Below, piece after piece: positions 18,510 to 31,301 of a stretch of DNA of 64,000 nt. Every line of letters starts with the position of its first letter. Positions within the stretch are counted from its first letter, which is position 1. A model generated the notes under the pieces. The model did no database searches and had not been told where the DNA came from. It worked only from the letters and a program-made list of their open reading frames with translations. The DNA lies in the NCBI GenBank assembly GCA_937625935.1, contig OW569366.1:435552-499551 (forward strand). Reading direction: 5' to 3'. Source of the DNA: Tetramitus jugosus (Eukaryota > Protista > Heterolobosea). The translations under genes and the position numbers were made by a program.

Positions 18510-21350
18510 ATGTCATCATCTCCACCAATACCACCCAACAGAACAACTGAAGGCAACACTGAAAACATGACTGCCAATACTACCAATAACAACAACAACA
18601 ATAATAATAATAACAATAGCAATAGCAAACCTCCTCCACCTCCACTACCACGTCGCAACCTTCCTACACCACCAACAACATCAAGTACAACAACGGCAGC
18701 AACAAGTACAACAACAACAACAAACATGATCGATTCAACAACAACAACAACAACAACAGTACCAACAGCAACAAGTAATAGTAGTATTAGTAGTATTAGT
18801 AAAAAAATTGAAAGTTTATATGAGGGAGTAGTGATACGAAATTATCATGCAGAAGAAGATGATGAACTAACAGTGAACATTCATGACACTGTACAAGTGA
18901 TCAAGGAATTTGATGATGGTTGGCTCTTGTGTCAATTGATTCTCTCTCGAAAAAATCATCATCATTCCAATTCTGCGACGACGGAAAATAATAATAATAT
19001 CAATGTAGCAAGTGCCTATGTAAGGGCACTAGAGAGAAGAAAACAACAAAAAACATTGGGTCTCGTACCAAAAGAACACGTCGAACGAGCAGAATTTTGC
19101 TCATCCATTTCCAACACCAAAGTCAGAGTACCCATTCGAAAAGGCTCTGTTCACGTCATCAAGCAAAAATTGGATTTGGAAGCAGTGTTTAACAACAAGA
19201 ATCAACAACAACAACAACAACAACCAATCGTACCTCCAACAACATCATCAAATAATAATACTAACACTTTTTTACCAAATTCACCACCTTCTACACCACC
19301 TCTCACTCCTCCTTCTTCTGCTAAAAGAGACTCTACAAATAACAGTAATAATAACAATAGTAACAATAGTAATAATAGTAATAATAATACGAATGAAACA
19401 GCCAGTATTATAGCGAAAACATCGAGTAAGGGCAATATATTTTCATCATTATTAAGCAAGAAAAAATCACTCAATTCCATTCAAATGTCCTCTGCCATTC
19501 ATAACAATACTAATGATAGCAATAGTAACAGTAACAGTAACAGTAACAATAATAGTAATAGTAGTACACCACCACCAGTTCCTACCAATAAGCCCGTTCG
19601 TCCATCAAGTATGGAAAGTGCTCAACAACAACAACAAAAATCACCCACGTCCATCAGTTCACCCAGAGAAAGAGATGCCAATATGAATAATCTGAGTCGA
19701 ATCGTAATGATGAATCCTAGGCCATCGTCATCTCCTGCGGCTCCATCATCTTCGTCATCATCACAAGAATCCATTAGTTCACCATCGGCTACTTCATCAA
19801 CATCATCTGTTGATTTGAGTCTAAACACGTTGATGAGCAGTGCAGATGTTCAGAGTTGTTCGACACATGGTGATGACAGTAACAGTAGCAGTACGTGTAC
19901 GACTCCAATGTCACCCAATGATTCTTCGTCATCGTCGTCCAATACAGAGTCCTCCATGTCGTCTACATCGTTGACACTGCCCGATCAACAAATGCAACAA
20001 ATGCAGCAATTGATTGAGAATCATATTGCGAGACGTGAGGGAAAAACAGAGCAGATTAGAGAGATGCAAACCAAGAGAAAACAGATTCGAATGGAGATAT
20101 TGGAAACGGAGCAGACGTATGTTCACTGTTTGACACTGCAGAGGAACATGTTTGCCAAGTTGATAAAGATGCTAAAGTTGGTGCCGGATGATGTGTACAA
20201 GTTGCTGTTCCCAACTTCGTTGGACATCATTTATGACATCAATGTGAGTTTTTTGGATTATTTGAAAAAGGTGATTACTACGATGCCTTCAATGGCATTT
20301 GGTGCTGAGCAAATGAGAACCTTAATGTCAAAAATGTCCTTGGAATCATCGGAAATGACAGATGAGATCAAGAATCAATGCTTGGAAGGTGCACTCAAGG
20401 AGGTGAGCATGATTAATGATGCTGGTAATGGCAGTAGCATTAACAGCAACCCTACAGCCGCTCCTTCTGCACCAAAAGGTAATTTTGAGATTGACCCCTA
20501 TCAAAGTCAGTCAACACAATTGGCAAGTCTTATTCTGCACTATGCCCATACGTTTAAGCTCTACACTGATTACATTAACAAGTATCCGATTGTGATCAGT
20601 ACACTCATGCAAGAAAAGGCTCGAAACAAAAAGTTTGCAGAGTTCTTGCACCATCAAAGAATCTTGTTGCAGCAACAGGGTGAACGTTGTTGCATGCTCG
20701 AAGACTTTTTGATTACTCCCATTCAACGATTGCCTCGCTATCGGTTATTGTTTGAAGATTTGATGAAAAAGACAGAACCAGAGCACGGATCGTATGAGAC
20801 GTTGGAGATGGCAGTCAATCTAATTACTGATATTGCCAAATTCTGTAACGACAAGGAAGAAGAGCACTTGAATCAAATTGCTATGGCCACTTTACTTAAG
20901 CGTTACAAGCTGAAAGAGTTCTTACAACCTGGAAGAAGAATTCTGATGCGTTTCGAGTCACAGACCGATGTACAATACATGAAATCCAAGGGATCTAGAG
21001 GTGAATGCGATCTGTATCTACTCTCTGATGCCATCTTGGTAGCCAAGAGCAAGAACAGTCTCTCAAACAAGAAGAATACCCTACGTATTCAATTAACAAA
21101 GATTGGAACTCAACTAGATAAGAAGGGAACAGCATGCGCCGTTCAACTGAGTCCACCAGTCCAGATGAAGCTTGATCACCAACTATTTTACAGTTTCCAA
21201 GTAGTGACCAACTACGTACCACTGGGTAGTGATTTGAACAGCTCATCAACGTCTAAGCCTCAAAAGATTACTCTTTTGTGGAAATGTCAAACCACTATGA
21301 CTAAGGCCTACCAAGCCATACAATCCATCCAACCGAACATTGGTTCATAG
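18510..21350 (+). CDS. SH3-DH(RhoGEF)-PH protein with low-complexity N/T/S/Q linkers
   Basis: SH3 NYHAEEDDELTV..DDGW..GLVP; DH EILETEQTYV..FKLYTDYINKY..LEDFLITPIQRLPRYRLLFEDLMKKT; PH-like C-terminus (LYLLSDAILVAK). Confidence 0.92.
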   Translation: MSSSPPIPPNRTTEGNTENMTANTTNNNNNNNNNNNSNSKPPPPPLPRRNLPTPPTTSSTTTAATSTTTTTNMIDSTTTTTTTVPTATSNSSISSISKKIESLYEGVVIRNYHAEEDDELTVNIHDTVQVIKEFDDGWLLCQLILSRKNHHHSNSATTENNNNINVASAYVRALERRKQQKTLGLVPKEHVERAEFCSSISNTKVRVPIRKGSVHVIKQKLDLEAVFNNKNQQQQQQQPIVPPTTSSNNNTNTFLPNSPPSTPPLTPPSSAKRDSTNNSNNNNSNNSNNSNNNTNETASIIAKTSSKGNIFSSLLSKKKSLNSIQMSSAIHNNTNDSNSNSNSNSNNNSNSSTPPPVPTNKPVRPSSMESAQQQQQKSPTSISSPRERDANMNNLSRIVMMNPRPSSSPAAPSSSSSSQESISSPSATSSTSSVDLSLNTLMSSADVQSCSTHGDDSNSSSTCTTPMSPNDSSSSSSNTESSMSSTSLTLPDQQMQQMQQLIENHIARREGKTEQIREMQTKRKQIRMEILETEQTYVHCLTLQRNMFAKLIKMLKLVPDDVYKLLFPTSLDIIYDINVSFLDYLKKVITTMPSMAFGAEQMRTLMSKMSLESSEMTDEIKNQCLEGALKEVSMINDAGNGSSINSNPTAAPSAPKGNFEIDPYQSQSTQLASLILHYAHTFKLYTDYINKYPIVISTLMQEKARNKKFAEFLHHQRILLQQQGERCCMLEDFLITPIQRLPRYRLLFEDLMKKTEPEHGSYETLEMAVNLITDIAKFCNDKEEEHLNQIAMATLLKRYKLKEFLQPGRRILMRFESQTDVQYMKSKGSRGECDLYLLSDAILVAKSKNSLSNKKNTLRIQLTKIGTQLDKKGTACAVQLSPPVQMKLDHQLFYSFQVVTNYVPLGSDLNSSSTSKPQKITLLWKCQTTMTKAYQAIQSIQPNIGS

Positions 21351-21549
21351 TGGAACACTATATACGACACCACCAACATAAATTTTCCCCTAGTAAATAA
21401 CAAGTCAATCATTTCAATTGTAACATCAGCTCTTCAAGCAACCTTCCTCAAAAACTTGGAAAACAAAAACTTTTCTCATTTGTGTTCAACACAAAACAAA
21501 AACAACAAGAAATAAACTTTGTTCACACAACAAGTAGTTGAACCCGTCC

Positions 21550-22741
21550 ATGGCGCACGTACATCGAAGAAGAAGAGTTTCCCGATCCAGGAGAAAAGTA
21601 TCTCCACCATCATCTCCCTCAACACCACCACCACAACAACATCAAATCACATTTACACCAAAGCATCATCCAAAATTATTGTTGAATCAAACAGAAGATG
21701 AGGATCAACACTCAACGAGGAGATTGTCGTTGAATCCTGTTGTTGGAGAACAACTTTCAAAAGCCGAAGGTTCCAATCACGGCGGTTCACTTGATTTGAA
21801 TGTGATTGTCAATGAAAGTGAAAATGAAAGTGAAAATGATGATGCGAATAATGAAAATGAAAGTGAAAATGATGAAAAAACACAAAATTTTGACGAGAAT
21901 GAGTCGACGACTGATAGTGGTAGAATAGCAACGACGACAATGACATTAACAATACCGACAACTCCCATTAAGAAATTCAATGTACGGGATTCATTGACAG
22001 TGGGCAATGGACTATTTGTTCAAGAATCGAACATTCCAGATGCGGGACTCGGTTTGTTCACGAGTGTAAAACTCGTAAAGAATCAATGTGTGACAAAGTA
22101 TGAGGGAACTGTGATGACCTATAAGCAAGCTCTAAAATTGAACAAATTTTCTCATACGAGATCACTCGATAGTCAACATTCAGTGATACAGGGTATTGAT
22201 GATCCAGTGTTAGTTCAGGGAAAGGGTGGTGCTTCATTTGCAAATGATGCGCGCAATTCTAGTGAGAAGAACAATACTATTTTCAAGAAGCATTACATGT
22301 CCAATGGACAAACATGTATTTATTTAAGAGTATGTTTTATGTTTTGTTGTACCGCTCCAGAAGAGTGAGCTTTTATGATGAATTGGTTTGTGGGAATATT
22401 ATGTGTGATGTGCTTACAATTGTTGTTGTCTGTTGATGTTGTTTTTGTAAACTTTTTGAATCGTGTAGGCAGCGAGAGAGATAATGCCTGGAGAGGAGAT
22501 TTTTGTTTCGTATGGTCGTGTGTATTGGCATAGAGTGAAGGACATGGAGTTAAGTGAGTCATCGAGTGAAGATGACGACGAAGATCAAGAGACAACTAGC
22601 GACAAGAAGGAAGAGAGTGATGATGGCCGAGAACGAATTCCCGTTTGGAGACGAAGACGGAAAAGAGCCAACATTGAAGCCACTCAGTCAAACAAGAGAA
22701 GAAGGAGAAATGTCATTTATTTCAGTAAACGAGGTTCGTAA
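21550..22741 (+). CDS. SET-domain lysine methyltransferase; 2 exons (21550-22329, 22469-22741)
   Basis: ESNIPDAGLGLF, YEG, SFANDAR. A GTATGT..TAG intron at 22330-22468 joins IYLR to AAREIMPGEEIFVSYGRVYW. Confidence 0.85.
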
Positions 22742-22886
22742 CTTCACCTTGTATTTTGTCTTTCAATTTTGTCTGATGCAGTTCCCGCCAAAATCTTGGA
22801 GGGAATCTGTCTTTGCTGTGATCTCAGACGAACAAAAAGCTTGTCGCCAAACAATAGCAAAGAACAAGATCATTATCTCTAACAAA

Positions 22887-24245
22887 ATGGGAAAGAAGAA
22901 GCAAACAAAGAGCAAAACGGCAACAACCAATGCACCAACAACGACTGCTGCCACAACAACAACAACAAATCAGACATCAAGCTCTCAAGCTCCTGCTCAG
23001 TTCTCTCCTGATCAAATCGCAATGATGCAAGAACGGTTAGCAGAGCTACAAAAGGAACAAGAAGAAGATAGAAAATTAACACAACATTTAGGTAGGTTAC
23101 TGCGACTAACTCTTGTTTTTTCATTACTCATACTTTCACCAGTCAGTGCAATAACTTATTGACACCACTTCAATGTTATTGTTTTTGTCTATGGATATAA
23201 AGATGATGAAATGAAGCAAAAGACTGCTGAAGCATCTCAGATCCTCCATTCCAATCAGACAATTGATGCTAAAACTCAATTGCTCCACAATCAAATCACC
23301 ACTCTCCTGCAAGAAAATAAAAAGATTAAGACGGATGTGATCATTACTCAAAAGAAGCTAGATCAATCACTGTTGTCCAAGAGATCCCTCCTCAATGAGA
23401 TTCAAGTACTAAAGGAACAAAAGAGCAAATTGGAGTCACTGTGCAAGGATATATACAAGGAGAATAAGCTCATTCAAGAGAAATCAAAGATGCTTGATCA
23501 ACTCCAGGAAGACAAGCGACAAGAAATTGCTCAAAACTTTCAAAAGATTGTTGGTGACATTCAACAAAAATTGGAACAAGAGGCCGAAGAGAGATTCAAG
23601 GTCATGAAGGAAAACACAATTCTGAAGACTCAGATTGAAAACATTTTGAAGCAGGTAGAGCTTCAGGAGAAGCAATTCGAACTGCAACTAAAGCACGCAG
23701 AGGCCGAAAAGCAATTGATTTTGGCAAAAACAAGGGAACATTTGGGCAATTTGGCACCAGAGCTGTCTAGAGTCGGTGAGTTGCAAAAACAATTGGATTC
23801 AAAGACGCGTGTAGAATCAGACTTGAGGAAACAATTGTCCAGCTATACTCAAAAGTTTGATGAAATTCAAAAGACCATTAAGAATACCTCTAAATCGTAC
23901 AAGAAGTTGAACAAGGACATGGTGACAATGGCCGATAGGATAAAGACGTTGGAAAAGGAAAAGTTGGAGATGAAGAACGAAGCAGCCACTCAAAAGTTAG
24001 CCTATCTGACCATGGAAAAGCGCTCTTTGGAGAATGAAGCAGCAGTTTCTGTGGCCAATCTCCAACGAGAGAAGCTGAGAGCCTTCTGCAAGACACTGAA
24101 CACTGAAAAGAGCAACTTGCAAGAGGAGTTGAATGCCCTCAAGGGTACTCCTGCATCAACTGCTGTCGAACAAACACCTTCAGAGATTGAAGAATTGCAG
24201 GAAACTGCAAAAGAACCAACAGGCACACCATCTGCCGATCTGTAA
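22887..24245 (+). CDS. TXLN: Taxilin family coiled-coil protein; 2 exons (22887-23091, 23203-24245)
   Basis: KSKLESLCKDIYKENK, LRKQLSSYTQKFDEIQKTI..MADRIKTLEKE and KLRAFCKTL match taxilin motifs. GTAGGT..AAG intron at 23092-23202. Confidence 0.85.
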
Positions 24246-24385
24246 AACACAATTTTTTTGCAACATGCAACGCTCAATTTTGAGATTGTTTCCCGACAGT
24301 TTATTTTCCCGTGATTTTTGCGTTCACACACTTTATCACGCTTTTGAAGGCTCACCCAAAAAAAACCAAAACACCATCAAAAACC

Positions 24386-27300
24386 ATGTCCAACCTATAC
24401 CTATTACAAAAAGCAGAAAACACACTCAAGCGTGCCGATGGTACAGTATCCACCCTATTTTATTGACCTCGACTCTTGATTGATCAACCCATTTTTCTCA
24501 CACATTTTTTCTCTTTTTGTGCTTTTTTTTGTCTTGATGATCACGATGATAAAAAACAAATTCCGAACAAAATCATCATACAGACTTGATCGAAGGTGGA
24601 CAATCCAAAATTGCCTTCCAAGAACTACAAACCATTTTGAGCAACGTTCGTCTCAACAAGAGCAGACAATGGAGTGAAATTTTGGAAGAAGTGACGCTAA
24701 AGTGCGTGACTTTGGCCGTTGAATTGCGATCATCCTCTGAAGCAAAGCAAGTCCTCCTCTACTACAAGAGTATCTGTGGCTTGGATCATCCTCAATCCAT
24801 TGACAAGGTTCTCAAGCATTATGTCGAAATGGCAGAAAAATCAGCAAAGAGTGCACAAGCTCAGAGCAACACTGAATCACTCAGTCTACAAAAAGATTTG
24901 GAAGATGAAGTTCCAGAAAACATTTTGATGAGTGAAGTCAGTGGAGAAGACTTGAAGGATCGTAAAGACAGAGAAATTGTGACCCCTTGGCTCAAGTTTT
25001 TGTGGGAAACCTATAGAACTGTGTTGGATTTGCTAAAGATTAGTCCAAGCAAGGAATTGCAAACTAGATATCATGTATGTTGCTTTGAACAGAAGAAGCT
25101 TTTTTTTGTGTGTGTTTGAAAGGGTGTGAAAATAAGCTTACACTCGCATTTTTTTATTGTTTTTTTCTTTTCTGTTGTTGGTCTTTGTTTTTTTGTCATG
25201 AATAGGATACTGCACACCGTGCCTTCAAGTTCTGCAGAGACTACAAGAGAATTCTAGAGTTCAAGAGATTGTCTGAAATGTTGAGAACTCACCTCACTCA
25301 AATCAAGCTCACATACACAAAGGACTCACCTTATGCAAAGATTAATGTGTCAAATGCTGAAACTTTGCAACAATTCTTGGACACTAGATTCAAGCAATTG
25401 GATGTTGCTTCAGAGTTGGAGCTCTATAACGAAGCTTACAAGTCTATTGAAGACATTTATTCTTTGATGAAGTTGTCAAAGAAGGCTATTGACCCTAACT
25501 TGATGGCCAAGTACTGTGAACACTTGAGCAAGATCTTCTGGGTGTCTGAGAATTATGTTCTTCACTCATTTGCTCACTACAAGCTATTCAATTTGAAGAA
25601 TGCATCAAAGCAAAAGGAAGAAAAGGATCTTCAATTGTTGGCATCTACTCTATTGTTGTCTGCCTTGTCCATTCCATCCAAGCACCAAAGCGATGACATT
25701 GTCGATGTCAATTTCAATGAAAGAGAAAAGTTGCAACGCATGTCCTTGTTGCTCGGTTTGTCCGTTGCACCAAGCAAGCAAATGCTCTTGTCTGAGATTG
25801 TCAAGAAGCAAGTCATGTCCTTTGTGTACCCTGAATTGAAGAATATTTACACAATTTTGGAGGTTGATTTCCATCCATTGCAATTGTGCGCCAAGATTAC
25901 ACCTGCATTGAACTATTTGAAGGAACACAGCCAATTGAAGCAGTACGTCAAGCCATTGCAACAAATTGTCTTGTCCAAGCTGTTGCTCCAATTGTCCAAG
26001 GTTTATGAAGTTGTCAAACTGAGCGAACTTGCAAAGTTGGCACCATTTGTTTCCCTTCCTCAAATCGAAAGAGCAATTGTTTCAGCTGTTCAACAACGCA
26101 CCTTGCAAATCACCATTGATCACCAAAACTCTGCCCTGATCTTTGGAAAGAGTGTCGAACCATTTGACTCTGAACAAATCAGAAATGAATTGACCAAGCT
26201 GGCACAAAAATTGTCTCATGCTACCTACACACTGATCAACCCATCATTGAAGCTAACTGAGACTGCAACCTATGAAAAGAGTGTTGTCAGCAGCTTGTCC
26301 AAGGCTGAACAAGAACATCTTGCTTTGTTGGAGAGAAAGCAACTCATTGAAAAGAAGAAGATTTATATCGACAACATGAAGAGAGAACAAGAAGAACTCA
26401 AGGAACAAAGACAACGTGAAATGGCAAAACAAAAGGAAATTGCAGAAAAGTTGCAACAAGAGAAGCAACAACAAAAGCGTGAAGAAGAAATGCGTCGTCG
26501 TCGTGAAGAGGAAGAGAAGAGAGAACAACAAGTCAAACTCATCAAGGAGCTCGAACAAGCCGGTGTCGTCACTGAGCAAACAATCTCTGCAATTGCTGCA
26601 AAGACTGGTAAGAAGAAGTCAAAGCTCGATATCGAGAGAGATGTAGATGTTGAGACTATCATGGAGGTTAAGAGAGAAGAAATTGTCAAGGAACAACGTG
26701 AAAAGGAAAGAAAGTTGTTGGAAGAGGCAAAGAATCTTGACTACTTGGAGAGAGCTCGCAGAATGGAAGAAATTCCAATGTTGAAGAAGAGATTCGAACA
26801 ACAAAGACATGAAGACAGAGAAAGCCATGAAAAGTCTGTTAAGGAAGCTGAGCAAAAGTTCACAAAGCACATTGAAGAGATGAAGAGCCAAAGAGCTCTC
26901 TTGGAGAAGATGTTTAGTGACAAGAATGTTTTTGCCACAAACTTTGTCATGAAGAAGCGTGAGGAAGTCTATGAACAAAAGATTTCTGTTTATAATCAAG
27001 AAGTCGAAAAGGCACGCCAAGTATGGCTAAAGAAACGTGAAGCCATCAAAGCGGTTGTAGACAAGCTCGAAGAAGAGAAGCGCGAGAAGCAACGTCAACG
27101 TGAAGAAGAAGATAGACGTAGACAAGAGGAACAAGATAAGATCCGTAGAGAACGTGACGCTGAAAGAGAAAGACTTCAGAGACAATCAGACATTCAAGCC
27201 CAAAAGGAACGCGAGATGGAAGAAGCTGCCAGACTCAAGAGAGAACAATTGATCGGTGCATCAAGACAACAACAACAACAACAACAACAACAACCATCTA

Positions 27301-27629
27301 GATCAACCAGATGGGGTACATTGGAGCAAGAATCCGCAAGTTTCGGTGGAAGAAGAAGATTTGATGACGATCAACCACCAAGAAGACGATTCGATGATGA
27401 GCAGCCACCAAGAAGAAGATTTGACGACGAGCAGCCACCAAGAAGACGATTTGATGACAATCAAGGTCCGCCAAGGCGATTCGATGACAATCAAGGTCCT
27501 CCAAGAAGATTCGATGATGAACAACCACCAAGAAGAAGATTTGATGACAATCAAGCGCCTCCAAGAAAGCGATTTGATGACGAACCAAACAGGAATGACA
27601 GTACAGGTGGAAGCGGAAGGTGGAGATAA
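24386..27629 (+). CDS. EIF3A: Translation initiation factor 3 subunit A; 3 exons (24386-24440, 24584-25074, 25206-27629)
   Basis: ENTLKRA, VTPWLKFLWETYRTVLDLL, FKRLSEMLRTHL, LDTRFKQLDVA, PCI domain, DYLERARRMEEIP. GT-AG introns at 24441-24583 and 25075-25205. Confidence 0.95.
27351..27590 (+). repeat. 30-bp tandem repeat (about 8 units) encoding RRRFDD(E/N)Q(P/G)P in the eIF3a C-terminus
   Basis: Units such as AGAAGAAGATTTGATGACGATCAACCACCA repeat at 30-nt period. Confidence 0.9.
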
Positions 27630-27689
27630 TCACTCTAATTTTTGTAACTATCATCTCTGTTATGTTTATTAAATTATCTTAGCTTAACT

Positions 27690-30600
27690 TCAATCTCTAT
27701 CCCTGTTGGAAATCGTTGAGGCTGCTCGAAGGAGCGTAGGTGTTGGTTGTCGCTGTTTCTTCATCTCTTCCACTACTCGATCTCTGTCAGCCACAGCTGT
27801 GTACCTTCGCACGTACAATTGCCTTATTCTCTCAACAAACTTACTTATGGGTGTTGACAATCTTCCCTTGTATTTTCTTGATCCTGTTTGACTCAAAATT
27901 GGGTCCAGATCATCGACTGACACATTCAGTCCTTGAGCTATGATATTATCTACTTGGTTGATTGGACGCAAGGGATCAACTTGCAAGATCGCCTGATATA
28001 TTTCACTTAGAAGAATCACACCATCATTGTTTGCATCACACTCGATGACACTCTCTTCAATCTCCTCTATGAAATCCTCTCTCTCCGCAACAAATTGATG
28101 TCTAATCTCTTCCACGAACTCTCTCTGGTTGTAGTCTTCATCTTCTTCGAACAGTTGAATAAAATCTACGTATAAACCAGGAAAGTCCTTGTTGAGGCAC
28201 ACGATCAGCCTTCTGAAACTTTCTTCAGGCTTCAGAGGGAACATTTCCCTCAAGCACTTCAAGATATCTGATTTCAACAGCTCTGTCTCGCCACTCGTGT
28301 TTGTCAAAGTATCATCTTCCTCATCGTCAAAGTCATTCTCAAGCTCCTTATCCTTCATTTTCTGTAACATCTCCTTTACACTTTGGATCATATCATTCTG
28401 TTCATGAAACACATCTTCGCTCATGTTTTCATACACTATCTTGTAAAACATTTCACAATCTGGATCGTAGAGTGCTTTTCTCAGCGAATCTAACATGCTG
28501 TATCCCCATTCTGCAATCTTCTTTTGCTTTCGCTTCTCAATTTCATCTGGATCAAAGGATATGGAAGGATATTGCTCTTCTTCTTCTGTTATCTCCTCCA
28601 TTGCTTTCTTCTCCAAGAACCGATAGTAGAATTCCTTGGCTGGTATTCTCTTTCGTTTCTTGCGTTTATCTCGATTCACATTCAATTCCTCATCGGCTTC
28701 TTCTTTCTTCTCCCAAAATTCGTTAATCATTTCTTCTGTGAATACTTTAGCAAACTTCCGATTGGAGATCTTTCCCCGGAATTGTAAGAATTTGGGTACA
28801 TCGCCTCCTGTTCCCAGACCCAAGAACCACTTTTTTACTCTTTCATTGCTTTGAACGTCCTCTACTCTACTATCACGACTTGCGAGACCAATGAAATTTC
28901 GTGCTTCCTCCAACTCTTTCAGAGTGGTATCGTGCTCCGACTTGAGGGAGATATACACTTCGACGAGCTTGGTTGTAGTTTCCCGAGTTGTCTCTGCTCT
29001 AAATGGCGTCAACACTTTGGGATGGTTGCTGATAATATCGTTCCATGCGGGTCTGGGAGTGAGATTAGCATTCTCTTCCATAAAAGGTTCTAATCTTTTC
29101 TGTAGACGCTCAACCTCTCTTTGTTCTCTAATTTTTTCTTTCTCCAATCGACCGAAACGTCCATGTAAAAGCGAGATCTGAGCTTTGAGTCTTAGATAAT
29201 CTGTATTCCTCTTTGTTAGTTTGTTCTTCATCTCAACCAATTGTGGATCGTCTTTTCCACCCTTGTGTCCCTCAATAGCATCCTGGAGCTTACGAAGCTG
29301 TCTGTCTTTCAATCGACCCCGTTCTTGCAATTCTCTGACCTTCTTTTGCTCTTCTTCTAACATATTGAGTGTTTCAATGTCAATCCCCCATGCTTTGTTT
29401 CCCCCCTCCATCCGCCTCAGTACCTCTTTTAGATTAAATATAGTGGCCTCTAGACTATTGTTTTCTTCTTCCAACCTTCGAATCTCTAAGCCTTTTTTGT
29501 TCACTTCATCTTGATAGGGTTGATTCATCTGTTCCAACTCTTCAATTCTTTGCTTATAGCTTCTATTCAGGTTTCTTTTGGAGAATTATGAATCAATCTT
29601 TGCTGAGCAACCCTTTGTTGAACACAACCATGTTATCAATACATACTGTAATTCTAGAAAGTCCTGTGTGTATTGTACAATCTTCTCATCCGTCTTCCAC
29701 CTAAACTCCTCCTCTAATAAATTAATTTGATTCTGTAAATATTCGGTATCCCGAACCTTCTCAATTGCATATTCTATTGCGTTTTCATAAACATTCCGAA
29801 TTTTAGTTAGGAATGGCTTGTATGTCTTAAATTGATCTACAAACATTCGAAAACATTCTCGGTATGGCTGAATGTGAGTAATATCAAAACTATCATCCTT
29901 CTCTAATCCATCTGGAGACATCTGATATTTCATTAGTAGTTGTTCCAAATGCCTCTCCAACTCGAGTAAAACCTTCGGTTTTGCTATCATCTTGTTCATA
30001 TGATTCTTTGAATCGTCGTAAGCATCAACATTCGCAGGCCACACTTCCAAACTTACATTATCCTCAAACTGATTGATGATACCTGGTACAAGACTATCTG
30101 ACCCGTTTTCTCCATCATGTTTCACTGATTGTTTGATTAGAGGTACTTGCTGATCTGCGAATAAGCCTGAATGGCCTGAACTTAAAGATTTCGATAGAAA
30201 TCGACCACTAATCATAGTCTTGATGGGTGATACCGTGTCATGCAAAGTTGTTACTCTTCTCATATCTGTACTCATTGCTCTTCGTTTGTAACCCCTTATC
30301 ACATCACTGACGCTTCCCTTCTTCGAACTCTTGGCAAACGAATGCTCATGAAGTGGCAGCGCTTGTATGCTCTCATTTTGGTTATTGGTTGACGATGTAG
30401 GAGACGTAGAGCCCGTGATATTCGGTAGGACATGTCCAGGCATCGATTCTTCTCCCATGGGAGCACTGAGGTGTATTGTTGAGTTTCCGCTCACAATACT
30501 GTTAATAAATGCTTGACGCTCTGAATCCTTTCGTGTAAGACGACTGGACGAAGAGAAAGACTTGCTCAACTTTCTTGCACTCACTTTTGGTACCAACGAG

Positions 30601-30770
30601 ATGGCTATCGTCGTCGCAGAGTCGTTGTTGTGGCTTGCGTGATTGGAAGAATTGGTTGAATCTCCTGCCGTTTCAGAAAACCATTTGGAACTTGAGCTAC
30701 TGCTCATACTCACATGTTTATGGAGTGGAGCTCTGGCTCCTACTTGTGCACCACCCGTGACCTGAGACAT
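27690..30770 (-). CDS. TSNAXIP1: Translin-associated factor X-interacting protein 1-like with C-terminal EF-hand; 2 exons (30770-29647, 29574-27690)
   Basis: IQPYRECFRMFVDQFKTYKPFLTKIRNVYE, LTPRPAW, FLGLGTGGDVPKFLQFRGKISNR, DPDCEMF and DANNDGVILLSE. GTATGT..AAG intron at 29646-29575. Confidence 0.88.
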
Positions 30771-31013
30771 GTTGCTCTCTTGATCCCAAAAAAAAACCTA
30801 TTAGCTCTCACAATTTGCACGTTCTTTTCAAAGCTCTAGTTCAAATAATGATTCACAGGGAGAAAACCAGCCGGCTTATTTACTCGTTCGGGTCGTAAAT
30901 CGTACATCCGCTCACAATGCATCAAATAATTGATTCACCGAAGAGACAACTTCAACAACGCACACGAAAAAGCAAAGTCTCTCTGCCGCCAAAAACAAAA
31001 AAAAACGGAAACG

Positions 31014-31301
31014 ATGGTCAAAATTGGTGTTGAACTCAGCGGAGGATTAGAATTATTGTTTGATAAGCAAACGAACCTGACATTGGAAGTGGAAGATGGT
31101 ATCGCACTCAAAGAGTTGATCCAAATCCTAAAGACTGAACACCTCAAGGAGAAACCTGATTTGTTTGTTCAGGGTGAAACTGTGAGACCAGGAATCTTGG
31201 TTTTGATTAATGATACGGATTGGGAGTTGTTGGACGGATTGGACTATAGGATTCAAGACAAGGACCAAGTTGTGTTCATTTCGACGCTGCACGGAGGATA
31301 G
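31014..31301 (+). CDS. URM1: Ubiquitin-related modifier 1
   Basis: ELSGGLELLF..VRPGILVLINDTDWELL..FISTLHGG C-terminus. Confidence 0.97.
   Translation: MVKIGVELSGGLELLFDKQTNLTLEVEDGIALKELIQILKTEHLKEKPDLFVQGETVRPGILVLINDTDWELLDGLDYRIQDKDQVVFISTLHGG

Noticed and set aside
27351-27590. Regular 30-bp repeats as a possible CRISPR array
   Set aside because: In-frame coding tandem repeat within eIF3a, with no unique spacers and no cas genes; the genome is eukaryotic.
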